From an uncultured Spirochaetota bacterium (GTDB lineage Bacteria; Spirochaetota; Spirochaetia; Treponematales; Rectinemataceae): a stretch of 58,597 nucleotides of DNA. Position numbers and translations under genes: made by a program. The notes beneath the pieces are model-generated. The model saw only the letters and a program-made list of their open reading frames with translations, searched no databases and had not been told where the DNA came from. The DNA lies in contig CAWHFT010000126.1 of the NCBI GenBank assembly GCA_963828175.1, positions 1 through 58,597 on the forward strand, in the 5' to 3' direction. The number at the start of each line of letters is the position of its first letter. The first letter of the stretch is position 1. Positions 37,356 through 46,488 of the stretch are shown one piece after another.

Positions 37356-38480
37356 CTACTGCGCCGACCCCTCCGGAGACTCATTCGCCATCTGCGCCAC
37401 CTTTCGAAGATCGGTGGAGAGGCTGTCAAACAGCGAGGTGTCGTTCCCTGATACGAGATCCGCCGCCGCCGATTCGACATTGGCCGCCATCGATCGAAGG
37501 CGCTCGAGTTCCTCCTCTGATTTTTGCTTACAAAGGTCACTTACCGTCCTTACGACCTCGTTGGCGAGCATGACCCCCTGAAGGTTCCCAGCCACCGCGA
37601 CCAAGGCCTCCTTCTCTTCATTGACCCCGTCGTTCACGCCGCGAATTCGGTCGGAAACCGCTTTGACCTTATCTTGTATGGCGAGGACGATGGAGGTTAT
37701 TGCTTTCAAGGAGGACTCAGTGCTCTCCGAAAGCTTCCTCATCTCCTTCGCAACTACGGCGAAAGGCTTGCCGTGACCGCCTGCATTCGCGGCTACAATC
37801 GAAGCGTTGAAGGAGAGGATATTCGTCGTCGAGGCAATATCGGACATGATCGTGAGAATCCCGGAAATCCTCTTGGATTCCTCGAGGAGACTGGTGGTCT
37901 CGGCGAGCGAGCCGGAGAGCTCGCCGGCCATATCCGCGGCGCGCTTTTCCACCTTGCGGGAAAGGTTGAACGCCGCTTCTGCAGAATTGGCGAGGTTATT
38001 GGCTATACCATAGATTTTTTCGACGTTCTCACGGATGAAGTCGGAGCCCCCCCTCGCGGCCGCTAAGGAATCGCTCAACGCGGAGATGGCCGTCCACGCG
38101 GCCTGTATCCGCCCCCCGCGAGCAAGGAGGGCGGTGTCGGACTCGAGGAAGGAAGCCGTGATCTTGCGTATGCGAGCGAGCCTCGACCTAGCCCCGAATT
38201 CCTCGGTGGTCTGGACAGCCTCCTCCGCGGAAGGCCGCTCTGCCTCGGTCGGCGAAGCGATAGTTGCGACCGCAGGATCGCCCGGCGCGACCTCTAGCTC
38301 CGCCGCCTCGCTTCGCCGCCTGCGGAGGCGAGTGGCGGCATAGGCGATCGCCGCGGCGTCGACGGCCAGCACCAGGGCCAGCCTGATGCCAAAAGGACCC
38401 GGGCCCGGAGGCCCCGGAAGAAACATGATCGCGGCGTGGAGGAGGGGGAGGACTATGGCCGAAGCGATGAGTCTATTCAA
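37356..38480 (-). CDS. Methyl-accepting-chemotaxis signalling (MA) domain protein without a recognisable sensor or HAMP domain
   Basis: Two N-terminal TM segments. A diverged hairpin-tip motif IASTTNILSFNASIVAANAGGHGKPFAVVAKEMRKLSEST. Confidence 0.75.
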   Translation of the reverse strand: MNRLIASAIVLPLLHAAIMFLPGPPGPGPFGIRLALVLAVDAAAIAYAATRLRRRRSEAAELEVAPGDPAVATIASPTEAERPSAEEAVQTTEEFGARSRLARIRKITASFLESDTALLARGGRIQAAWTAISALSDSLAAARGGSDFIRENVEKIYGIANNLANSAEAAFNLSRKVEKRAADMAGELSGSLAETTSLLEESKRISGILTIMSDIASTTNILSFNASIVAANAGGHGKPFAVVAKEMRKLSESTESSLKAITSIVLAIQDKVKAVSDRIRGVNDGVNEEKEALVAVAGNLQGVMLANEVVRTVSDLCKQKSEEELERLRSMAANVESAAADLVSGNDTSLFDSLSTDLRKVAQMANESPEGSAQ

Positions 38481-38853
38481 GTTGCACAGCGCCCGGCAAA
38501 AGGAATGTGAGTGTCGGCAAGCTCGTGGTCTGCCACGAGATGGATTTGTTCTGCAGGATCTTTATTACGTACTTTTTATCGGCCGGCGAGGTGGAGAGAT
38601 TCATTATCCATTTCGCGATGGCCTTGATGCCGCTCGAATTGAGGAAGGCGAGTTCGCGAAGATCGAATTCCACGACCTTGAGCCCGGAAGCGATAGCTCC
38701 CTTGTGGACGTTATCGAAGAGGGGATCGAGGATCACGCTGGGATCTTGCATGTCGATATCGCCTACGACCTTGATGGATAGACCCGCCGCGTTATCGCTT
38801 ACGTCGATCGTGACTTTGCCCTGCTTTATCTGCTCGATGCCAAGCTTGTTCAT
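38473..38853 (-). CDS. SiaC/DUF1987-like (STAS-like) partner-switching protein, 126 aa
   Basis: IKVVGDIDMQDPSVILDPLFDNV and VVEFDLRELAFLNSSGIKAIAKWI parallel the G-S-x-PE and Y-x-N-[TS]-S-S-x-K blocks of DUF1987. It overlaps the MCP-like gene by 8 nt. Confidence 0.6.
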   Translation of the reverse strand: MNKLGIEQIKQGKVTIDVSDNAAGLSIKVVGDIDMQDPSVILDPLFDNVHKGAIASGLKVVEFDLRELAFLNSSGIKAIAKWIMNLSTSPADKKYVIKILQNKSISWQTTSLPTLTFLLPGAVQLE

Positions 38854-38889
38854 CTGGTCCCTCCGGTTGTATCTCGATCGCCTGCGACC

Positions 38890-39370
38890 CTATTTCGAGT
38901 AATTGAGCTTGATCGTGACCCTGTCGCCCTCGACCTGCAATGCCATGGTCCCGCCCGTTTCGTAGCGTATTCGCACGAGGCCCAGCTGGCTCTTGCCGTC
39001 GCTCCTCGTCGCCGCCACTCGCATCATCGACAGGTAGGCCTCCAACGGATCGCCGGCCATGACGCTGTCCCAGATCGCCTTGAGCCCTGCGATAGCCTCG
39101 GAAATTCGCCTTATTCGACACCGAAATCTCGACGTCCCCGTTCTTGGCGGAAAGACCCACCTTAATGCGCGTTTCCTCGCCGATCGCGTACTTGACGGCG
39201 TTCTCAAGGAGCTCGCTCGCGGCCATTGCGATCTTATCCGCGCGCGCGTCGTCCGAAAAACCGATTGCGAGGAAATTCTGTATGAATGCCCTCACCACGG
39301 CGATGTATTTCCATCGCGGTCCGAATTTCAATTCGATGTAGCCGTCGGTCTCGTCGACGTCAATGGGCAT
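38890..39370 (-). CDS. RsbW/SiaB-like anti-sigma-type serine kinase (HATPase fold), frameshifted as assembled (+1 near 39105)
   Basis: DKIAMAASELLENAVKYA (N-box-like) ...GDVEISVSNKA, then ISEAIAGLKAIWDSV...SQLGLVRIRYETGG in the next frame. Length is 481 nt (3n+1). Confidence 0.6.
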
Positions 39371-39773
39371 CGGGCCCTCCTATGGTTTTAGGATTTTGGC
39401 GCATTAATCTCTTTTTCAACTATATCCGCGACATTACCATTGTCAATAAAGAAGCCATCGGACCTTGATCCGAGATGTTTCGGATGGAGTCGGACCGACC
39501 AGCGAAAGCCTCCGGTTGAGCACGGCGATATCCTGTAGCGACCCATCGTCGTCTCGACACGCGACCGTCGGTTATAGCCAGTAAATCTCTACCATCTACG
39601 TCGCCCTATTTTGGCGACGGCATTTTTCGCTGTAGTTATTTGGCATGGCTCAGTATGACGAGATCGGATAAATTACTCCACCTGCCCCATTAACCAAGTC
39701 CCGTGGCCGGTATTCATGCAACAACGCCGATAGGGAGCATAAATCCTTACCTTGCAGCTCACCGCGAGCCCTA

Positions 39774-39812
39774 GCAGGCTGTTGAAATACTCGAAGCATT
39801 TCAACAGCCTGC
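39774..39812. repeat. Perfect 15-bp inverted repeat with a 9-nt loop (GCAGGCTGTTGAAAT ... ATTTCAACAGCCTGC)
   Basis: Read directly from the sequence. It shares the GTTGAAA core with the hairpin at 39870-39899. Confidence 0.8.
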
Positions 39813-39869
39813 CATGCAATTGCTCGGAAACCGGTAGGTTTCCTGCGCAATTGCGAATTTCAAGGTAGC

Positions 39870-39899
39870 GTTGAAAAAGGCTCCGTAGCCTTTTTCAAC
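39870..39899 (-). terminator. Terminator hairpin ending the long minus-strand cluster
   Basis: GTTGAAAAAGGCT ccgt AGCCTTTTTCAAC: a 13-bp stem with A- and T-tracts on both sides, 7 nt after the cupin gene stop. Confidence 0.65.
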
Positions 39900-39905
39900 A
39901 CCCTG

Positions 39906-40418
39906 CTAGCGGAGGATCTTGATCCTCTCGCCCTCGGGTAGGGCGACCTCGCGGCAGTCGCGGGCGTAGAGGCGCTCCGGCAGGGCCACGAGGCAGCTGA
40001 CGCTCCCCGCCCCCAACGCGAAGGGGCCGTGGTGCCAGACCCCAGGCCTGAGGACGACCATTGTCCCCCTGGGCACGAGGTAGGCCTCGGCGGCCGCCCC
40101 CGGGAACGCGGCTCCCGGGACGGCGGGGGCGACGTGGATGATGACGTCGCCGTCGATGGGCATCAGCGCCTCGCAGGCGGCGTCGTGGTATTCCGAGGCG
40201 TCGACCACCAGGGGTCGAGGGAAGACGCGGCACACTCCGAAGGAGGCGACGCTGTCGGCTCCCAGGCCGGATTGGAGCATGTCCCTGAAGAACTCGATGG
40301 GCGCGGCGCCCAAGTGGAACGAGGGAGGGTTGTTGGCCTCGGGGTCGAGCATGTTCGCGTAGCTGCCGAAGCGGCCGAAGGACTCGGGCTCGAGCTTCTT
40401 GCAGGAGATTTCCCTCAT
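39906..40418 (-). CDS. Ureidoglycolate-lyase-like cupin protein
   Basis: MREISCKKLEPESFGRFGSYANML... with a VPRGTMVVLRPGVWHHGPF cupin-type strand pattern, ~170 aa. Confidence 0.55.
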   Translation of the reverse strand: MREISCKKLEPESFGRFGSYANMLDPEANNPPSFHLGAAPIEFFRDMLQSGLGADSVASFGVCRVFPRPLVVDASEYHDAACEALMPIDGDVIIHVAPAVPGAAFPGAAAEAYLVPRGTMVVLRPGVWHHGPFALGAGSVSCLVALPERLYARDCREVALPEGERIKILR

Positions 40419-40420
40419 GA

Positions 40421-41167
40421 TCAGAAGCCCGAGATGTCTTGCGCGAGGCCGATGACGACCATCTCCGACACGCAGCCGCCCTTGGTGAGGGCGCAGGTCT
40501 GGTAGACCATATCGGCGAAGTGCTCGGGCCGCACGGCCAAGGACTCGTCCCAATCGAACTTGGGCACTCCCGCCGCCGCGCCCTGGAACCCGGTATTCGA
40601 GCCGCCGGGAACGAGGAGGGTGACGCCGACGCCATGGGGTCTGAGCTCGGTGTATAGGCACTTCGTGAAGGCGTTGACGCCGGCCTTGGCGGCCGAATAG
40701 ACGGTCCAACCCGGCCAGGAGCGCCGGTCGCAGACCGAGGAGACGTTGACGACCTTGCCCGACTTCTGCTTCTTGAACTGCGGCGCGAACGTGCGGCAGC
40801 TCATGATCACGCTCATGAGGTTGAGGTCGAGGATCTTCTGGGCGGTAGCGTTGTCGATCTCCTCGACGGGCGATACCTTAACGGCGCCGCCCGCGTAGTT
40901 GATGAGAAAGTCCACCTTGTTGAAGGCCGCTAGGGTCTTGGAGAGGGCCGTCTCGAATGTGCCCTGCTTGGTCGCGTCGCCGACGAAGGAGACGACCTTG
41001 GCTCCCGACTTCTCGCAGACCGCCGCGGTAGCCGCGAGGCCTTCGGGGTTGAGATCGAACATGACGAGATTGCAGCCTTCCTTCGCGAACAATTCGGCAG
41101 TGGCCTTCGCGAATCCCGACGCGACACCGGATATGACGGCGACCTTGCCTTTTATGCTTTCGCTCAT
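40421..41167 (-). CDS. SDR family oxidoreductase
   Basis: GKVAVISGVASGFA (TGxxxGxG-like), NVSSV and YSAAKAGV (YxxxK). Confidence 0.85.
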   Translation of the reverse strand: MSESIKGKVAVISGVASGFAKATAELFAKEGCNLVMFDLNPEGLAATAAVCEKSGAKVVSFVGDATKQGTFETALSKTLAAFNKVDFLINYAGGAVKVSPVEEIDNATAQKILDLNLMSVIMSCRTFAPQFKKQKSGKVVNVSSVCDRRSWPGWTVYSAAKAGVNAFTKCLYTELRPHGVGVTLLVPGGSNTGFQGAAAGVPKFDWDESLAVRPEHFADMVYQTCALTKGGCVSEMVVIGLAQDISGF

Positions 41168-41254
41168 ATGTTCCTCCTCGTTCAGTTATCCCAAGATAGC
41201 TCTGTCGCCAGAATCGTAACATACGACATGACAAACGTCAAGTTAAAGCTGAGC

Positions 41255-42016
41255 TCAGCGCATGAGAAGGCCGCCCGAGACGTTGACGACACTGCCGGTA
41301 ATATAGGCAGCCTGCCTCGAGCAGAGAAACACTGCCGCCGCGGCGACCTCGGCGACCTCGGCGAATCGGCCAGCGGGGATACGAGGAAGGTATTTCTCGG
41401 GAGCGGCCTTGTACTTGCGCTCCGCCATTTCAGTCATCATGAGGCCTGGAGCCAGAGCGTTCGCGGTTATGCCGAGCGCGGCCGTCTCCCTGGCAAGCGA
41501 CACCGTGAAGGAGACGATGCCTCCCTTGGATGCGTCGTACGCGGCCTGACCGCTCGTCGACCCCGAAAAGGCCGAGACCGACGACACGTTGACGATTCGG
41601 CCCGGGGGCCCCTTGCCTTCCAGCCTCCGCAGAAACTCCCTGCAGGCCAGGAAGGTGCCGGTCAGGTTGGCGCCGAGGGTCTCTTCCCATGCCTCAAGGC
41701 TTGTCGTCGCAGTGGTTCCATGGGGACAGATGGCCGCGTTGTTGACGAGCACGCGCATCGCGCCCAGCTTCGACTCAGCCTCGCCGAACATTTCCGCCAC
41801 CTCGGCCTCGGAGGAGAGGTCGCCCCGAAGGACGACCGTCGACTCTGCGCCGGCCTGGGCGCAGGCGGCCGCGGCATCCTGGGCCTCGGCAACTCGCTCC
41901 CTGCAGGCCAGTGCGACCCGCGCGCCCTCGGCGGCGAGGGCGAGGGCGATCGCCCTGCCCAGTCCCCTGGATGCCCCGGTGACGAGGCAGGGCACGCCCG
42001 CGAGTCCCAGGTCCAC
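41255..42016 (-). CDS. SDR family oxidoreductase
   Basis: CLVTGASRGLGRAIA, NNAA, VSSVSAF and YDASKGGI. The GTG start at 42016 is 2 nt after the SorC stop. Confidence 0.85.
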   Translation of the reverse strand: MDLGLAGVPCLVTGASRGLGRAIALALAAEGARVALACRERVAEAQDAAAACAQAGAESTVVLRGDLSSEAEVAEMFGEAESKLGAMRVLVNNAAICPHGTTATTSLEAWEETLGANLTGTFLACREFLRRLEGKGPPGRIVNVSSVSAFSGSTSGQAAYDASKGGIVSFTVSLARETAALGITANALAPGLMMTEMAERKYKAAPEKYLPRIPAGRFAEVAEVAAAAVFLCSRQAAYITGSVVNVSGGLLMR

Positions 42017-42018
42017 CG

Positions 42019-42988
42019 TCAGGCCCCTTTGGCCTGCATGAGGTCCAAGGCCGACTTCGCGGTCTGTTCGTCCAGGATGAAGGTTCGCACCATGCCGGTC
42101 CTGAGCACGCCGTTGATGGCCTCGGCCTTGTCCGCGCCCGATGCCATGATGAGATTGTTCTGGGCGCCGCGAAGCTCCTCGACGGGAACGCCGACGATCC
42201 TCTCGTAATAGTCGTCGACGAGGAACCCGCCCGAGCGGTCGAAATATCGCGCGCAGATGTCGCCTACAGCGTCGGGGGATTTGAGGTGGGTGAACACCTC
42301 GTGCTCGCCCGCGTAGGACTCGCGGTCGATGGTCTCGCCCAGGGGGATAGCCCCGATGCCCGACACGATGACGTCCATCGACTTCCAGGCCTGACGAAAT
42401 AGTCCTCATGGAGGAAGAGTTGAAATACATGTCCCGCTCCTCCTTGTCGTTCGCGAGGGCCGGCGCGTGTATGAACGAAGGCGCACCACCCGCCTTTTCC
42501 GCGAGGAGGCGCACCATCTCGTTGATTTGGAAATAGGGGGCGGTCTGGTGGCTGCCCCCGATGAGGGGGACCACTGAAAGGTCGGCTCTGGGCTCCTGCG
42601 GCTGGAAAGCGTGCACGAACTCGTAACTGGTACGTCCCCAGGCCAGGCCGACGGTCTGGCCGTTCTTGAGAATCTTCGCGAGGATATCCGCGGAGCGCTG
42701 GGCCACGAGCTTGCGCTGGGCCTCCGGGTCGCGCGACGAGGTCGGGATCACGACGAAGTCAGTCCCGGGATAGAACGACGCCAGGAGCCGGGAGAGCTGA
42801 TCGTCGTTGAGGAAGGGATCGCGCACCGTGATCTCCACGATCCCCGTTTCCTTGGCCTCGGTGAGGATCATCGAGATGAGGGAACGGGAGATGCCGATCT
42901 GCCTGGCGATGTCCTCCTGCTTGAGACCTTCCAGGTAGTACATCTTCGAAACCTTCACTACCAGGGAGACGTCCAGCCTCGAACTCAT
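42019..42988 (-). CDS. SorC/DeoR-type sugar-binding transcriptional regulator, frameshifted as assembled (+1 between ~42379 and ~42405)
   Basis: N-terminal HTH YYLEGLKQEDIARQIGISRSLISMIL. The C-terminal part MDVIVSGIGAIP...NLIMASGADKAEAINGVLRTG is in the adjacent frame. Length is 970 nt (3n+1). Confidence 0.8.
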
Positions 42989-43065
42989 TCCGCTACCTCC
43001 GACGATTCGTTTGGGCGGGAGTATATGACCGTCGGCGCCTCGAATGCAACGCGGACTGACGGTCT

Positions 43066-44125
43066 TTATGGCCTGAGCACCACTTTTACGGCGGTCCCCG
43101 AAGCGATGACGTCCATCGCCTTGGCGAAGTCCTTCATCGGCATCTCGTTCGTGACTATCCTCGAGAAGAGATCCTTTTTCGCCTCGAGCAGGCCGACCGC
43201 CTCGCGGATGTGCGCCGGAGTCGAATCGGAGGTCCCGAAGACGACGAGCTCGCCGTAGTGGATGGTCCTCGAGTTGACTTGCAGCATTTCCTCGCCCTGA
43301 GGCAGGCTCGCGAAGAACGAGACGAAGCCGCCCTTCCTCGCGTACATCGGCAACTTGGCCTGGGTAGGCCCGTGAGGCGCGGTGACGACCACGAGATCGA
43401 AACCCTCGCCCTGGGTGAGGCCTTGGTAGGCGCCGTCGATTTGGCCGGGCTTCGAGCACCTCGCCTAGGCCCAGGGACTTGGCGAGATCGAAGCGGGCTC
43501 CGGGGAACTCCACGCACACGACCTTCTCCGCGCCCTTGGCCCGGGCGGCCACAGCGTGGAGAAAGCCCAGGGGGCCGAGGCCCAAAACTAGGACGTTCTT
43601 GATCTCCGCCATGGGCAGTCTGGAGAGCCCGTTCACGACGCAGGAGAGGGGCTCGGCGATGGCCGCGATCTTGGCGTCCAGGCTGCCGACGACGGCCAGG
43701 TGTCCCATGCGCACGGCTTTGGCCGGCACGCGGACGTAGGGAGCCATGGCCCCCGGATAGTGGAAGCCGATCGCCTCGGCCTGGCGGCAGAGGTTGGAAT
43801 GCCCGGAGCGGCAGTAGCGGCACTCGCCGCAGCCTATCGTGGTGGCCATGACGACCCGCTCGCCGATCTTGGGCGAACCGGGCAGAGCGGTTCCGCCTGC
43901 CGCGGTCACCGCGCCCACGAACTCGTGGCCCATGATCATCGGCGGCTTGATCCTCGGATTGCCCTTGTTGTAGGACTTTATGTCGGTGCCGCAGATCGCG
44001 CAGGCCTCGACCTCGACGAGGAGGTCTCCTGCCTCGAGGGCGGGCGGCGCCTCCATCCTCTCGATGCGTACGTCCTTCGGAGCGTAATAGACGACGCAGT
44101 CGCCGCCCTTTGCTTTGGCGCCCAT
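43066..44125 (-). CDS. Zn-dependent alcohol/polyol dehydrogenase (MDR family, sorbitol-DH-like), frameshifted as assembled (+1 near 43442)
   Basis: CAICGTDIK, GHEFVG, CGECRYCRSGHSNLC and LGLGPLG. The C-terminus ...GFDLVVVTAPHG...VKVVLRP is in the adjacent frame. Length is 1060 nt (3n+1). Confidence 0.8.
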
Positions 44126-44901
44126 CAGTGCATCTCCCTGCCGCCGGTGATGTTCAGGGCCTGACCGGTACAGTACTCGCCCTTCGCCGCAAGGAAGAGG
44201 ACGTAGTCGACGATGTCCTGGATATCCGTAAGCCTCTTGAGAGGAATCTTGGCGGTGAACTTCTTGACCACTTCGTCGCGAGGCATCTTCAGGTTTTCCG
44301 TGTAGCCCTTGCTGACTTCAGACCATACTCCCGTGGCGTCGGTGATGCCCGGGCAGATGGCGTTGACCTTGATATTGAAGTCGGCGACCTCGAAGGCCAC
44401 GGCCTGGGTCATGGCGATGACCGCGCCCTTGGCCGCGGAATATGGAACCATGAGGGACGAGCCCGTCTTCCCCGACTTGGAGGAGAAGTTGATGATCTTG
44501 CCGTCCATCGCCTTCTTCATTCCGGCCAGGACTCCCTGGATGCAATAGATGGAGCCGTGGACATTGACCCGCATCTGCTTATCGAGGATCTCGGGCGTAA
44601 CCTCCTCGATGGGGCGCTGGTCTACGATGCCCGCCGTGTTTACGAGCGCGTAGACGGCGCCGAGCTCGCCAGCGATCCTCTCGAAGCAGCCCAACACCGC
44701 TTTTTGATCGGTGATGTCCAGGACGTAGCCTTTGGTGCCACTTCCTATCCGCTGCGCCTCGGTAAGGACTGCGGGATTTATATCGATCATCGCGACCCGC
44801 GCACCCTCGGCCACGAATGCCTCGGCGATAGCGAGACCGATGCTCCGAGCGGCGCCGGTGACCACGCAGGTCCGGCCTTCGAGCTCTTTCGGCTTATCCA
44901 T
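44125..44901 (-). CDS. SDR family oxidoreductase (sorbitol-6-phosphate-dehydrogenase-like)
   Basis: CVVTGAARSIGLAIA, NTAG and YSAAKGAV. The start MDKPKE follows AGGAGG. Confidence 0.85.
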   Translation of the reverse strand: MDKPKELEGRTCVVTGAARSIGLAIAEAFVAEGARVAMIDINPAVLTEAQRIGSGTKGYVLDITDQKAVLGCFERIAGELGAVYALVNTAGIVDQRPIEEVTPEILDKQMRVNVHGSIYCIQGVLAGMKKAMDGKIINFSSKSGKTGSSLMVPYSAAKGAVIAMTQAVAFEVADFNIKVNAICPGITDATGVWSEVSKGYTENLKMPRDEVVKKFTAKIPLKRLTDIQDIVDYVLFLAAKGEYCTGQALNITGGREMH

Positions 44902-44994
44902 ATCGTTCCTCCTGCATATTAGTAGTAACATTTTCCATGACATATGTCAATAGCGAGAACCTGACTATATTCCTTTACTCAGGTCATTTTTTGT

Positions 44995-46485
44995 TTAGCC
45001 GCTCTTCTCGCCCAAAGACGCGGCGATTTCGCGGAACCGCGAGTAGGCATCGTCCAGGTCCGCCGCATCGGCAGGTGCCGGCTCGTAGGCCGCCCTGACC
45101 CGCGACATGGCTGCTTCGGCCTCCTCGAGCGAGGCGTAGCGCCCCGTCGCGACCGCGGCGGCGGCGGCGATGCCACGGGCTCCGGCCTGGGAAGCATCGC
45201 AAGTCTCCACGGGACGCCCGAGGGCCGAGGCGAAGATCCTGCACCAGGCCTCGCTGGCCGCTGCGCCGCCCGAGAGCAGGATCCGGCTCCTGTCCAATCC
45301 GGCGCGGCTCAGAATCTCGAGATGCGCTCTGTGGGCGAAGGCGACTCCCTCGTACACCGCCCGCAGCAGGTGGAATATCCCATGGGATGCCCTCATCCCG
45401 ACGAAGGCCGCATCGGTTCCCGGCGCGATGTGCGAGCGGTGGATGAAGGGCAGATAAATGAGGCCATCGGCCCCTGCGGGTATCCTCGATACGCCCTCGT
45501 TGATCCGCTCATAGAGAGCGTACCTGTCGATCCCGGGGCAGAGTTCCTCGATTCCGGCGATTATCCAGGCGAGATTTCCAGCCGACGTGGCGCTCGATTC
45601 CACATAGGCGTAGCGGCCCGAATCGGGGCCAAGGGAGGCCTTGGTCGTAGGAGCCGTCTCGAGGAGAAGCGGGGAGAATGCGCTATTTATGTTCCAGGTT
45701 CCCGCGATGAGGGAGTAGGCTTCTTCGGTCATGGACCCCGAGCCGACGGCGCAGGCGATCACGTCGAACATGCCCGCGATCACGGGCGTCCCCGCGGGAA
45801 TGCCGGTCTCGGCTGCCGCCTTCGCGGTCACAGCCCCAACGATAGCGGCGCTCTCGTGGACCGGCGGAAGCATGCCCTCGGCCTCGGGCGCTCCAAAGGT
45901 CTCCAGGATGCCGGGGTCGTATCGGCCCGAACCCAGGTCGAGAAGGGCATTGTTGCTCGCCTCGGTCCTATCGGTGGTCGCCGTTCCGGAAAGCCTGAAC
46001 GTGATCCAGTCTTTGGCTCCGAAAGCCCAGCGTATCTTCCGGTAGGACGCCGGTTCCTCTCGCTTTATCCAGCACAGCAGGGGGAGGGACTGCCCGGCCC
46101 AGGGGTGGTGCCTGGTCAGCTCGTAGCGGCTTCTGCCCTCCCGCTTCCAGAGCTCGACTATGGCCTCGGCGCGGCGGTCCATCGAGGTGATGGCGGCGCG
46201 CGCCGGCCTCCCCTCGGCGTCCGCGGGATAGAGCCCCCCGCCGTGGCCCGAGACGCCCACGGCGGCGATGCGGCCAGGCGCCGAGCCCGCCTTCGCTATC
46301 GCGTCTCTTGCGAGGCCAGCGGCCGTGGACCAGGCTTCCTCCATCCCGATCTCGCTCGCCTCGCCCCGCGTCGACAAGGGCGTATCGGCTGAAGCCTCGG
46401 CTAGCTGAGTTCCTCGGTCGTCGAATACGGCGGCCTTCATCGCCGTGAGGCCGCAGTCGATGCTGAGGTAGCGGGACTCGCCCAT
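44995..46485 (-). CDS. FGGY-family carbohydrate kinase
   Basis: YLSIDCGLTAMKAAVFD, VGVSGHGGG and the C-terminal LLSGGAAASEAW block. Confidence 0.85.
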   Translation of the reverse strand: MGESRYLSIDCGLTAMKAAVFDDRGTQLAEASADTPLSTRGEASEIGMEEAWSTAAGLARDAIAKAGSAPGRIAAVGVSGHGGGLYPADAEGRPARAAITSMDRRAEAIVELWKREGRSRYELTRHHPWAGQSLPLLCWIKREEPASYRKIRWAFGAKDWITFRLSGTATTDRTEASNNALLDLGSGRYDPGILETFGAPEAEGMLPPVHESAAIVGAVTAKAAAETGIPAGTPVIAGMFDVIACAVGSGSMTEEAYSLIAGTWNINSAFSPLLLETAPTTKASLGPDSGRYAYVESSATSAGNLAWIIAGIEELCPGIDRYALYERINEGVSRIPAGADGLIYLPFIHRSHIAPGTDAAFVGMRASHGIFHLLRAVYEGVAFAHRAHLEILSRAGLDRSRILLSGGAAASEAWCRIFASALGRPVETCDASQAGARGIAAAAAVATGRYASLEEAEAAMSRVRAAYEPAPADAADLDDAYSRFREIAASLGEKSG

Positions 46486-46488
46486 CGC

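Noticed and set aside
39650-39850. 66-aa ORF in the hairpin-rich intergenic region
   Set aside because: It has no RBS, is interrupted conceptually by the perfect 15-bp palindrome, and its composition is not protein-like.
39774-39899. Possible CRISPR-like repeats (GTTGAAAT... hairpins)
   Set aside because: There are only two palindromes, of different length and sequence. There is no repeat-spacer periodicity and no cas genes in the window.
41255-44125. 956-aa ORF that looks like a giant multidomain ADH-regulator-SDR polyprotein
   Set aside because: It is a read-through artefact. Two +1 frameshifts (~43442 and ~42379-42405) push the reading frame out of the ADH and SorC genes. The shifted high-GC frames happen to stay open until they re-enter the SDR frame. 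Each gene has its own RBS and start, and its true C-terminus lies in another frame.
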